IMG/VR virus record: IMGVR_UViG_3300005611_000007
Coordinates: 1-64,000 of that record
DNA from: a virus
Taxonomy: Duplodnaviria; Caudoviricetes
Length of the DNA: 64,000 bases
Reading direction: 5' to 3' (one strand)
Shown: positions 28,486 through 35,661 of the stretch, piece after piece
Numbering within the stretch: position 1 is the first letter of the stretch
Layout of the letters: each line of letters begins with the position of its first letter
Translations under genes and position numbers: made by a program
Notes under the pieces: model-generated
Seen by the model: only the letters and a program-made list of their open reading frames with translations
Told to the model about the DNA's origin: nothing
Database searches by the model: none

Positions 28486-28682
28486 AATTTCTCTGTTAGT
28501 AAATTTAAATCACTAGCCTCTGATTCAATCTTCGCCTTGATAACTTTATTAATCATTTTAGCAACAGATTCAATCTCTACATTATTCTTTTCACAAAAAT
28601 TGATAATTGCGTCAATATAAGATTCACCAGTTTCATACACAAAATCTTCAATTTCTTGATTGAACTTATTCTTATCAATCAT
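28467..28682 (-). CDS. gp33: Late transcription coactivator gp33
   Basis: F..EIE...SYIDAI...CEKNNVEIESVAKMI...K.KIE.EA..LNLL. Confidence 0.88.
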   Translation of the reverse strand: MIDKNKFNQEIEDFVYETGESYIDAIINFCEKNNVEIESVAKMINKVIKAKIESEASDLNLLTEKLCRLPM

Positions 28683-29029
28683 TTCGAAATAATTCCTCCA
28701 GTATTCTTTCTTACAATATCTTCTGAGATTGCTTCAGCGTAATAGATTTCTAGTACCTCAGCATCTTCTACACATTCAAACCAATGATATTCACCCGGCT
28801 TCACTGTAGTGAAATTTCCTGGTCTTAGTTCTGTCTTATCTGTATGATCATAATCATTCTTACGTACAAAAATATTCATTTTACCGCTAATACAATAGAA
28901 TCCGTTCCACTTGTGTTTATGTAAATGTTCTGAACATTTATAACCAGACTTTGTAATGATTCTGTGAACTTCAATCATGGGAGTCACTAAAAGAGATTCT
29001 GTCTGACCCCAAACTTTACCATAAATCAT
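28679..29029 (-). CDS. Cupin-domain protein
   Basis: K.WG, CSEHLHKHKWNGF and VKPGEYHWF cupin motifs. Confidence 0.75.
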   Translation of the reverse strand: MIYGKVWGQTESLLVTPMIEVHRIITKSGYKCSEHLHKHKWNGFYCISGKMNIFVRKNDYDHTDKTELRPGNFTTVKPGEYHWFECVEDAEVLEIYYAEAISEDIVRKNTGGIISK

Positions 29030-29820
29030 TTTTTAACCACTCCATCAATTTCTAAAATTTTTTCTATTATTTCTGGAAAATCTTTTAATTTAATCATATT
29101 AGGACCATCACTCGGTGCATTATCAGGATCTGGATGGACTTCCATAAAGAGTCCTGCTATTGATACAGCGGTAGCTGCATAAGCAATAACAGAAGCAAAA
29201 CGTCTATCACCCCCACTTGAACCTCCCTGACCTCCTGGATATTGTACGGCATGTGTGCAATCCATAATGACAGGTGCATATTCTTTCATCACTTCTAATG
29301 AACGCATATCAACAACGAGATTGTTATATCCAAATGTTGTACCTCGTTCAGTTAACATTACTTCATTATAACCAAAGGATTTTATCTTGTCAACTATATT
29401 TTTCGTTTCCCATGGAGATAAAAATTGTCCTTTTTTTACATTCACAGGTTTACCAGTTTCGGCAGCTGATTTTAGAAGATCGGTTTGCCTACAGAGAAAT
29501 GCTGGTATTTGAAGAATATCAGCATTAGTTACGGCACATTGCCAAGATTCATGTACATCTGTTAATGTAGGTATACCTCTATTTCTTATTGAATCAAATG
29601 CATAATACGCACCATCAAAGTCTCCTCTGTATGAAGAGGATGATGTTCTATTTGCTTTATCAAAACTCATTTTAAAACAAAAGTTGACAGATAAATCGTC
29701 ACAAATCTCTTTTAGAGTCTCTGCGATTTCCACTGCCAACTCTTGATTTTCAAAAACGCACGGTCCAGCAATAATCGATAGTTTCTTATCGTTAGCGAGA
29801 CTATTATAAAAATTATTCAT
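29026..29820 (-). CDS. kdsA: KDO 8-phosphate synthase
   Basis: IAGPC, SFDKANRTS, QIPAFLCRQTDLL, NVKKGQFLSP, ERGTTFGYNNLVVD and EVHPDPDNAPSDG motifs. Confidence 0.95.
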   Translation of the reverse strand: MNNFYNSLANDKKLSIIAGPCVFENQELAVEIAETLKEICDDLSVNFCFKMSFDKANRTSSSSYRGDFDGAYYAFDSIRNRGIPTLTDVHESWQCAVTNADILQIPAFLCRQTDLLKSAAETGKPVNVKKGQFLSPWETKNIVDKIKSFGYNEVMLTERGTTFGYNNLVVDMRSLEVMKEYAPVIMDCTHAVQYPGGQGGSSGGDRRFASVIAYAATAVSIAGLFMEVHPDPDNAPSDGPNMIKLKDFPEIIEKILEIDGVVKK

Positions 29821-30331
29821 AAAAAATATGCTTTCCTATTCTAATTAATACCTTTTTATTTTTGCTCCATTTAGGTACGACATAATCCGCATGATAAAAT
29901 CTAGAACCTCTTGTGAAGTCTTCTACATTAAAGTGTAGTAATGTATCTGCTATATTAATAGCTTTATACCAAGTTTGTAAATCTTTTGGTGTATCTGATT
30001 TACCGTCACAATACCAAGAAAATTGACACTTATATTTTACTATTTTGTTGTTTATCTTTATTGCCTGATATACAACGTCGCAGATGTTATTAGGGAAATC
30101 TTTGTCTTTTACACGATTTAGAGTTACGAGACCAATAGCATATTGACCAATGATTTCTTCTCCTCTAGCTTCAAAGTATATGTTTTTAGCTAAACAGTTC
30201 AGACTATCTTTATCTACTTCGTGACTGTCAGCATTACCCGGCAATGTTGCCATAGATACAACAATAAGAATTAAGTAGACAAAACAAAAAATGATAAACT
30301 TTGCGATTCCCTCTTCGGAGAATTTAAACAA
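29813..30331 (-). CDS. SleB-family cell wall hydrolase with N-terminal TM/signal segment
   Basis: CLAKNIYFEARGE, VTLNRV...FPNNICDVVYQ, CQFSWYCDG and IGKHIFY motifs. Confidence 0.9.
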   Translation of the reverse strand: MFKFSEEGIAKFIIFCFVYLILIVVSMATLPGNADSHEVDKDSLNCLAKNIYFEARGEEIIGQYAIGLVTLNRVKDKDFPNNICDVVYQAIKINNKIVKYKCQFSWYCDGKSDTPKDLQTWYKAINIADTLLHFNVEDFTRGSRFYHADYVVPKWSKNKKVLIRIGKHIFYE

Positions 30332-30360
30332 TGTTATATCCTTTGATTGTTATAAGTGAT

Positions 30361-30690
30361 TGGGCCCGTTATATGACAGGGTGGAACCCATACCCCGTGA
30401 CTACAAGTCGATTAAGCCGCTAGGCGGATATCCTCGAAGTGATTGTCATTTGCAACATTAAAGTTAGCATTTATAGTTTTGGTCCGATACGCTGGTACCA
30501 TGGCGTCTACCTCGATTTGATCTTTACTACGTCAGTCGAACCTAATATCACCCCCCGCATAAGCATACCACAACAAACTCTTTCGTGTCTAGCAAGGTCT
30601 CATTACTAGAGACGGTGATATGCTTATGGTGGAGGTGACGGGTACTGCCCCCGTGTCCTGAACGTTTATTCTATCTCCTCTCAGACGGTA
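30361..30690 (-). ncRNA. ssrA: Two-piece (circularly permuted) tmRNA, alphaproteobacterial type
   Basis: On the minus strand the acceptor piece ends GACACGGGGGCAGTACCCGTCACCTCCACCA (3' end at 30627). A self-pairing intervening segment (TAAGCATATCAC...GTGGTATGCTTA) follows, then the coding piece starts GGGGGTGA (~30555). Tag frame (ANFNV)ANDNHFEDIRLAA* at 30412-30468; TATAAATA upstream at 30698-30705. Outer ends approximate. Confidence 0.92.
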
Positions 30691-30830
30691 GATTTAATAT
30701 TTATATTATTCATCTCTAGACTCTTGACATAATCAAATTCATCTGCAAGCCGGTCCAGATATTCTTCGTATTCCTCACGAATCTTAGGATATCGAAACGC
30801 TTCTTCATACAACTCAATAAGTTCAAACAT
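30681..30830 (-). CDS. Small hypothetical early protein (49 aa)
   Basis: MFELIELYEEAFRYPKIREEYEEYLDRLADEFDYVKSLE..., directly behind the promoter at 30861-30889. Confidence 0.55.
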   Translation of the reverse strand: MFELIELYEEAFRYPKIREEYEEYLDRLADEFDYVKSLEMNNINIKSTV

Positions 30831-30860
30831 CACATTCACTCACTGTTTCATCATTTTTAT

Positions 30861-30889
30861 ATAATACAACAGAAATGAATTAATGTCAA
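30861..30889 (-). promoter_or_regulatory. Sigma70-type early promoter, class A-like leader
   Basis: TTGACA-17-TATTAT, then ataaaaATGATGAAAC. Confidence 0.8.
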
Positions 30890-31039
30890 CAAAAAAGTTG
30901 AAGAATTTGCCTCATCAACTAGAACATCCTTTCTATAAAAAAATGATGGCCACGATTTTTCCCCTCTTTCAGTACTCCATCTGCCATCCCTGCCGTACCT
31001 CACATAAATGAGCCTCAGCAGCACGGTGTTATTTATATT

Positions 31040-31135
31040 TGGTACGCCCACCAGGATTCGAACCTGGACCGCTCCCTAATCTGGGGACCATATGCCGGAT
31101 ATAAGCCGGGTGTTCTACCGTTAAACTATGGGCGC
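31040..31135 (-). tRNA. Atypical tRNA, anticodon UAU (Ile), with long variable arm
   Basis: GCGCCCA/TGGGCGT acceptor stem plus ACCA; D-arm; CCGG-CTTATAT-CCGG anticodon arm; ~26-nt variable region; CCAGG-TTCGAAT-CCTGG T-arm. Confidence 0.75.
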
Positions 31136-31140
31136 ATATT

Positions 31141-31217
31141 TGGCGATCTCGGCAGGACTCGAACCTGCAACCTAGAGCTTAGAAGGCTCTTGCTCTATCC
31201 AATTGAGCTACGAGACC
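31141..31217 (-). tRNA. tRNA-Arg(UCU)
   Basis: GGTCTCG...AGAGC-CTTCTAA-GCTCT...GGTTCGAGTCC...GCCA; canonical cloverleaf. Confidence 0.95.
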
Positions 31218-31302
31218 AATTAACAGTTCCAACACAATTTCGAAATTGCGTATGCAAAGGGTAAAAATGATAACAAAACTAATATTACCATATACCAATT
31301 AA

Positions 31303-31446
31303 TCAAGGCAATACTCTCTTTACGACTACATGTCCCATCTCAAATGGTAGAGTTACCATATCATAAGCAATACCAATAGGTGTCAATGGTGTTACAGCAC
31401 AAGCTGAAACCAAAAGACCAAGACTGATAACGATTACCTTTTTCAT
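31303..31446 (-). CDS. Small lipoprotein (47 aa)
   Basis: MKKVIVISLGLLVSAC lipobox; start overlaps the purS stop (ATGA). Confidence 0.6.
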   Translation of the reverse strand: MKKVIVISLGLLVSACAVTPLTPIGIAYDMVTLPFEMGHVVVKRVLP

Positions 31447-31664
31447 AGTTCCTCAATCACATAATTTTCCATTACTTCATTATATACAGACTTAGCAATG
31501 TCGTCAACTAAATTTTCATCACATTCAATATGGATAGTCTTACCGATTCTAACATTTTCAACCATATCATATCCCATAGATCGTAAAGCATTTGCTACTG
31601 CATCGCCTTGCATATCTTTGATACCGGGGCGAAGAGTTGTGGTGATCCTATATTTCTTTATCAT
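31443..31664 (-). CDS. purS: Phosphoribosylformylglycinamidine synthase subunit PurS
   Basis: LRPGIKDMQGDAV..AL..MGY..VENVRIGK.I...N.VMENY pattern. Confidence 0.85.
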   Translation of the reverse strand: MIKKYRITTTLRPGIKDMQGDAVANALRSMGYDMVENVRIGKTIHIECDENLVDDIAKSVYNEVMENYVIEEL

Positions 31665-31962
31665 TTAGTTTTTCTCTAACCCAGTTAATCTTATAGTCAG
31701 TGGACCACTCGCTAAGATAAGCATTGTCTTTGTCGAACAGATCCAACATTTCTTCTTCAGTGACAAGAGTGCTGTCTACAATATATTCGCCCATATATTT
31801 TTGAGAAAACTCTTCACATTCTTCCATACTCACTGTATCTTTTGCCCATTCTTCCGGCCAACAAGGTTCATCAGGATTCAATTTCTGCAAATCATCTTTA
31901 TGCATCACATAACGCATACGATGAGATGAAATACAGGTTACGACAACATAATCTTTACTCAT
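31648..31962 (-). CDS. Hypothetical protein
   Basis: Packed ORF; VTCISSHRMRYV...EEFSQKYMGE motif familiar from phages. Confidence 0.6.
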   Translation of the reverse strand: MSKDYVVVTCISSHRMRYVMHKDDLQKLNPDEPCWPEEWAKDTVSMEECEEFSQKYMGEYIVDSTLVTEEEMLDLFDKDNAYLSEWSTDYKINWVREKLNDKEI

Positions 31963-32004
31963 TTAATAATCCATTCCTAACCAGTCTGTTTCTTCTGGCA
32001 TCAT

Positions 32005-32457
32005 TTAAACATCTTTCTTCTCCACCATTTCACCGTTACGAACAACGTAGTGTTTAACTTCACACATACTTGACTTAATATAAGCACGACCTCCGTCTAT
32101 CATATTGCCGTTCTCAAACCGTTTATAATCATGGCGATGTGCGCTGTACTGTAGATTGCCATCACCATCTTCAACAAGCCCAAACTCTACAGATTCAATT
32201 CGATCTGCATTGGTAATCATAATTTGTGGCTTTTGTGTTACTCGTGTATCAACCATATTGTAATATAATCCAAAGTAATGGTTACCAAACTCAGGATGTG
32301 GAGTCTCTCTGTAAAAGATATCCATTGCCCATGCCTCATAGCCCAGAGCACTTGTACACACATAGGTAACAGGAACACCATCTTTCTTAGTATAGTGTTC
32401 ACAAATCTTGTCAGTATCAAATAGTGGTTCGTGTTTAATCATCTTCTCCTCACTCAT
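32005..32457 (-). CDS. Hypothetical protein
   Basis: Packed ORF; HPEFGNHYFG and YSAHRHDY...IDGGRAY motifs. Confidence 0.65.
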   Translation of the reverse strand: MSEEKMIKHEPLFDTDKICEHYTKKDGVPVTYVCTSALGYEAWAMDIFYRETPHPEFGNHYFGLYYNMVDTRVTQKPQIMITNADRIESVEFGLVEDGDGNLQYSAHRHDYKRFENGNMIDGGRAYIKSSMCEVKHYVVRNGEMVEKKDV

Positions 32458-32665
32458 CTACTACCCACGCATAATTGGTTGTAATCCAGTCCTCTAGGCA
32501 GTCTTCAAACGACCAGTTTTTGTCCACTTCTTCTTTACCAAACTTTTTACACATCTTCTCATACCACCAAGGATAGTATTCTTTTCTGATATCATCCTCT
32601 GATACTGTTACAATAGACGTTCCTTCTCCTGGGTATGCCAGTTCATCATAAGAAAAATATCTCAT
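32450..32665 (-). CDS. Hypothetical protein
   Basis: Overlapping start/stop with neighbours. Confidence 0.6.
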   Translation of the reverse strand: MRYFSYDELAYPGEGTSIVTVSEDDIRKEYYPWWYEKMCKKFGKEEVDKNWSFEDCLEDWITTNYAWVVDE

Positions 32666-33051
32666 CCTCGCCTCTTTCCAGTGGTTGGATCATTAGCGTC
32701 TTCTTTAGATAGTACCTGTAGACCACCTTTGTTATACGCTTGACCGACAACATATTGAGAACTATACATCAGTTTTGTCTCTCTGTCAACTGATTTATTC
32801 GTTTGAATCGGTACAATTTTGTTACTGAGAGGAATTTGGTCGGGGATGCTGGATTCGAACCAACGACCTGACGCTCCCAAAGCGCCCGCTCTACCAGACT
32901 GAGCCAATCCCCGTTTATCTGCATGAACACCCATCTTACGAAGCCATTTATCATGTTCGATATCGGCTTGTAATTGACGTTTGGTCTTTTTAGATTTACG
33001 TTTACGAGTGGATGTTGTTGTCATCCACGGTCCCACAAGATGCATACTCAT
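32662..33051 (-). CDS. Hypothetical basic protein whose reading frame runs through tRNA-Pro
   Basis: GGAG RBS upstream; MSMHLVGPWMTT...EHDKWLRKMGV and QAYNKGGLQVL motifs flank the tRNA; stop overlaps the next ATG. Confidence 0.7.
   Translation of the reverse strand: MSMHLVGPWMTTTSTRKRKSKKTKRQLQADIEHDKWLRKMGVHADKRGLAQSGRAGALGASGRWFESSIPDQIPLSNKIVPIQTNKSVDRETKLMYSSQYVVGQAYNKGGLQVLSKEDANDPTTGKRRG
32837..32913 (-). tRNA. tRNA-Pro(UGG), nested in a CDS
   Basis: CGGGGATTGGCTCAGTCTGGTAGAGCGGGCGC-TTTGGGA-GCGTCAGGTCGTTGGTTCGAATCCAGCATCCCCGACCA; C1:G72 and A73 as in bacterial tRNA-Pro. Confidence 0.92.
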
Positions 33052-33065
33052 ATCATCTCCAAAAA

Positions 33066-33139
33066 TGGTGCTCCCACACAGAATCGAACTGCGAATTGAT
33101 GATTACAAATCAACTGTTATACCGTTTAACTATAGGAGC
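33066..33139 (-). tRNA. tRNA-Thr(UGU)
   Basis: GCTCCTA/TGGGAGC acceptor stem, TTTGTAA loop, TTCGA T-loop, encoded CCA. Confidence 0.88.
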
Positions 33140-33143
33140 GTAT

Positions 33144-33218
33144 TGGCTCCTGGAGAGGGATTCGAACCCCCGACCGGGCGGTTAACAGCCGCCAGCTCTA
33201 CCACTGAGCTATCCAGGA
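33144..33218 (-). tRNA. tRNA-Asn(GUU)
   Basis: TCCTGGA/TCCAGGA stem, GGCGG-CTGTTAA-CCGCC anticodon arm, GCCA end. Confidence 0.95.
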
Positions 33219-33227
33219 ATAAATTCA

Positions 33228-33317
33228 TTAAGAGAACGCTACCATGTACATTAGGATAAGTGCCATCAGACAAGAGAAAGCAGTAAACTCGACCAACATC
33301 TTCAGAGCATTCAACAT
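33228..33317 (-). CDS. 29-aa hydrophobic membrane peptide
   Basis: MLNALKMLVEFTAFSCLMALILMYMVAFS*; AAGGAG RBS and its own promoter. Confidence 0.55.
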   Translation of the reverse strand: MLNALKMLVEFTAFSCLMALILMYMVAFS

Positions 33318-33346
33318 CGTTTCTCTCCTTCGTTCATCATGTTTAT

Positions 33347-33375
33347 ATCATACCAAAAGAATTAATTTTTGTCAA
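33347..33375 (-). promoter_or_regulatory. Sigma70-type early promoter, class A leader
   Basis: TTGACA-17-TATGAT; spacer and leader nearly identical to 21372-21400. Confidence 0.88.
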
Positions 33376-33592
33376 CCAATATCTCAAAATCTGGATCATT
33401 TTTTAAAGCGATCCAACGATGGTCACCCGTGGGGCTAAACACCATTGCAAAAGGTCCTGGCAGCGAACGGTGTTTGGTTGTTTGAATACGGTCGCGAATC
33501 TCGCTGATCCAAAACTCCGTACCAAATTGCTGGATGCGATTCTTACCGTGTTTGCTCTTACCTTTGAGCTGGATTTGATCACCTATTTGCAT
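33362..33592 (-). CDS. Hypothetical early protein
   Basis: AAGGAG RBS before the ATG at 33592; LKGKSKHGKNRI...RWI...DPDF motif. Confidence 0.65.
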   Translation of the reverse strand: MQIGDQIQLKGKSKHGKNRIQQFGTEFWISEIRDRIQTTKHRSLPGPFAMVFSPTGDHRWIALKNDPDFEILVDKN

Positions 33593-33636
33593 AGTATCTC
33601 TCCTTTGCTTGTTCCGTTGTCTCACTCACTATAATC

Positions 33637-33665
33637 ATTATCTTACAGTGGAGATTAAATGTCAA
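33637..33665 (-). promoter_or_regulatory. Sigma70-type early promoter, class B leader
   Basis: TTGACA-tttaatctcc...-GATAAT (17-nt spacer), then gattatAGTGAGTGAGACA. Confidence 0.8.
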
Positions 33666-33671
33666 GCAAAA

Positions 33672-33950
33672 TTATTCATATTCCCGAAAATTTTTGATAG
33701 ACCATTTTTGAACGACCGGCGATCCATCGGCGCCTTCATCTACGACCACATACGCTACAGTCTTCTTAACAAGACCAATACGAGTTTCATCGTTACCAAC
33801 GAAAATCTTGTGGGGATATTCATCAGCAAACCAATCATCATTCTCAGCAAACTCAAACAAGTGATCATACTCCTTTTCTCGGAACTGACCCAGAACTTTG
33901 GAGTCAATTCCAATCGTGCGACGGTCGTTGGTATAAGGAGCAAACGCCAT
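33672..33950 (-). CDS. Hypothetical early protein
   Basis: GGAGG RBS before the ATG at 33950. Confidence 0.65.
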   Translation of the reverse strand: MAFAPYTNDRRTIGIDSKVLGQFREKEYDHLFEFAENDDWFADEYPHKIFVGNDETRIGLVKKTVAYVVVDEGADGSPVVQKWSIKNFREYE

Positions 33951-33951
33951 A

Positions 33952-34167
33952 TCAATCCTCCCACTTGACAGTGAAACCAACCTTCGCCTCAGCATTCCGC
34001 TTGGCGATGTCGAAGGTTTCGTACATCTCTACGAAATTTTTGCCAATCCAAAGTTCGTATTCATCATTAATATTTTCAATGATGTCAACTTCACTTACGG
34101 CATTGGTAGCCATCCAAGCGGTCTTGATATCGATGGCTTTGGTGTCGTATTTGGCAAACTTCATCAT
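33952..34167 (-). CDS. Hypothetical early protein
   Basis: First gene behind the class B promoter at 34202-34229. Confidence 0.6.
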   Translation of the reverse strand: MMKFAKYDTKAIDIKTAWMATNAVSEVDIIENINDEYELWIGKNFVEMYETFDIAKRNAEAKVGFTVKWED

Positions 34168-34201
34168 GTTTCTGTCTCTCTCTGTCTCACTCACTATAAT
34201 C

Positions 34202-34229
34202 ATTATACTCGATGGAGATTAAAAGTCAA
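34202..34229 (-). promoter_or_regulatory. Sigma70-type early promoter, class B leader
   Basis: TTGACT-16-TATAAT, then gattatAGTGAGTGAGACAGAGAGAGACAGAAACATG. Confidence 0.8.
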
Positions 34230-34237
34230 CAGTTTTT

Positions 34238-34618
34238 TTATGCAATCTTCAAATTAAGTTCGTCCACCTCATCAAAACCAAAACTTGCAACCATGTGGTA
34301 CATGCCGTTCTCATCCATGATCACATCACCAACACTCAGGCTGTGCATGGGAAGAAACCGTTCGATGTTCTCTTCTGGACCCATATTACCAACATGGAAC
34401 ACACCATCAAGGCTATTAGCGGTGATGTTGCTGACATGCTCATAGTAACCTTTCTCAAAGGCTTCCTTGACCAGATGTCCAACAGGTTTACCAAACGACA
34501 TATCAATCTTCATACGCAGCACGTTCTTAGGAACAGCGCCGTGATCACCGGCGGCGTTGATGGTGTCAACTTCTGCATCGGTGAGGTTGATCTGGAAAAC
34601 TTTGTAAATGCCTGTCAT
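34238..34618 (-). CDS. YodL-like domain protein, paralog 1
   Basis: YKVFQI...LDGVF..GN...MHSLSVGDVI...MVASFGF. Confidence 0.65.
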   Translation of the reverse strand: MTGIYKVFQINLTDAEVDTINAAGDHGAVPKNVLRMKIDMSFGKPVGHLVKEAFEKGYYEHVSNITANSLDGVFHVGNMGPEENIERFLPMHSLSVGDVIMDENGMYHMVASFGFDEVDELNLKIA

Positions 34619-34652
34619 GTTTCTGTCTCTCTCTGTCTCATTCACTATAATC

Positions 34653-34680
34653 ATTATATACGGTAGAGATTAAATGTCAA
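34653..34680 (-). promoter_or_regulatory. Sigma70-type early promoter, class B leader
   Basis: TTGACA-16-TATAAT, then gattatAGTGAATGAGACAGAGAGAGACAGAAACATG. Confidence 0.82.
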
Positions 34681-34688
34681 CAGTTTTT

Positions 34689-35015
34689 TTACGATTTTGG
34701 AGATTTTTTTTCGGGCTTGGGCTGTACTGTTACCTCATGGAACCCTTCACCAGCAATCGTGGCACAAATCGTTTTTTGCCCTTCTATATAACCAATACGA
34801 ACAATGGTAAATGAACCCGTTTCAACATTTGCCCATATTTCCACCATAAATCTGCTATTGTCCGTAATTCCTCTATATAAAACTTTTTCTTCATATGTCT
34901 CAATAAGAGGTGTGATACCATCATCATAAGGAATACAGGTAACTCGTTGAGCGTCAGCGGTATTACTGAAACCTACCGAAAAGAGCAGGGTTAGGATGAA
35001 CAAGATTCTTTTCAT
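34689..35015 (-). CDS. Hypothetical exported protein
   Basis: MKRILFILTLLFSVGFSNTADA signal peptide; two Cys; ETGSFTIV motif. Confidence 0.6.
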   Translation of the reverse strand: MKRILFILTLLFSVGFSNTADAQRVTCIPYDDGITPLIETYEEKVLYRGITDNSRFMVEIWANVETGSFTIVRIGYIEGQKTICATIAGEGFHEVTVQPKPEKKSPKS

Positions 35016-35661
35016 CGTAGAATCCTCTAATAGCATCGACCAGCGGAGAGATATAATCGTCTCTCTTGCCGAGAAAAATTTGTGGTTCCGATTCCTGATC
35101 TACTGCTATTAAAACGACAAATCGGTCCACTGGCGTACCTGTTAGTTCTTCAAACATCACACAATATGCGGTACATTGCATAAAATAATTATCGATCCAA
35201 TCACGTTTCTTTAATTTACGAGAAGTCTTGAAATCAACGATTGACGCTTTACCATTCCATTTACAGACAAGATCTACTCTACCCGCTATACCAAGATACT
35301 CAGAATATAACGGAACCTCTTGCCCATAAACCTCTTCTATCATACTATCTAGTGTATTTTGAACACTTAAAAACATCTCCTTATCTAAAGGAGACTTGAA
35401 AACAGGTTCAACATTATTTATATAGTCTTCACAAATTTTATGAAGCCTAGTACCTCTGGAAGATGCTTGTCCTGAAATTCGATTTGCCTCTTCTTCACCA
35501 ACTTTTTTTCGCCATGCCATAATACCGTCACGAGACAACCGACCAAGAACAGTGGTGATAGAAGGTAAGTCACCGGCAGGAGTATGATACATCCTGCCGG
35601 TTTCCTTATTCGTTGTTGCCTTGATATCAGGTAAACTTATTTGGCGATGTTGAAAAATCAT
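34963..35661 (-). CDS. PD-(D/E)XK exonuclease (RecB-like)
   Basis: PSITTVL, RGTRLH..CE and AGRVDL...IVDFKTS...YFMQCTAY motifs. Confidence 0.88.
   Translation of the reverse strand: MIFQHRQISLPDIKATTNKETGRMYHTPAGDLPSITTVLGRLSRDGIMAWRKKVGEEEANRISGQASSRGTRLHKICEDYINNVEPVFKSPLDKEMFLSVQNTLDSMIEEVYGQEVPLYSEYLGIAGRVDLVCKWNGKASIVDFKTSRKLKKRDWIDNYFMQCTAYCVMFEELTGTPVDRFVVLIAVDQESEPQIFLGKRDDYISPLVDAIRGFYDEKNLVHPNPALFGRFQ

Noticed and set aside
30940-31025. Hammerhead ribozyme or known riboswitch in the candidate RNA
   Set aside because: CTGA and GAAA occur, but the CUGANGA core and required stem order are absent.
30857-31051. 64-aa ORF from the track
   Set aside because: It starts inside a tRNA, has no RBS and spans two promoters; the region is better explained as non-coding.
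33637-34680. CtrA boxes in class B promoters
   Set aside because: Only a single TTAA half-site follows the -35 box; there is no TTAA-N7-TTAA.
34963-35661. Exonuclease as Cas4
   Set aside because: It lacks the four-Cys Fe-S cluster arrangement and has no array; it matches the ordinary PD-(D/E)XK exonuclease found next to phoH in T4-like phages.
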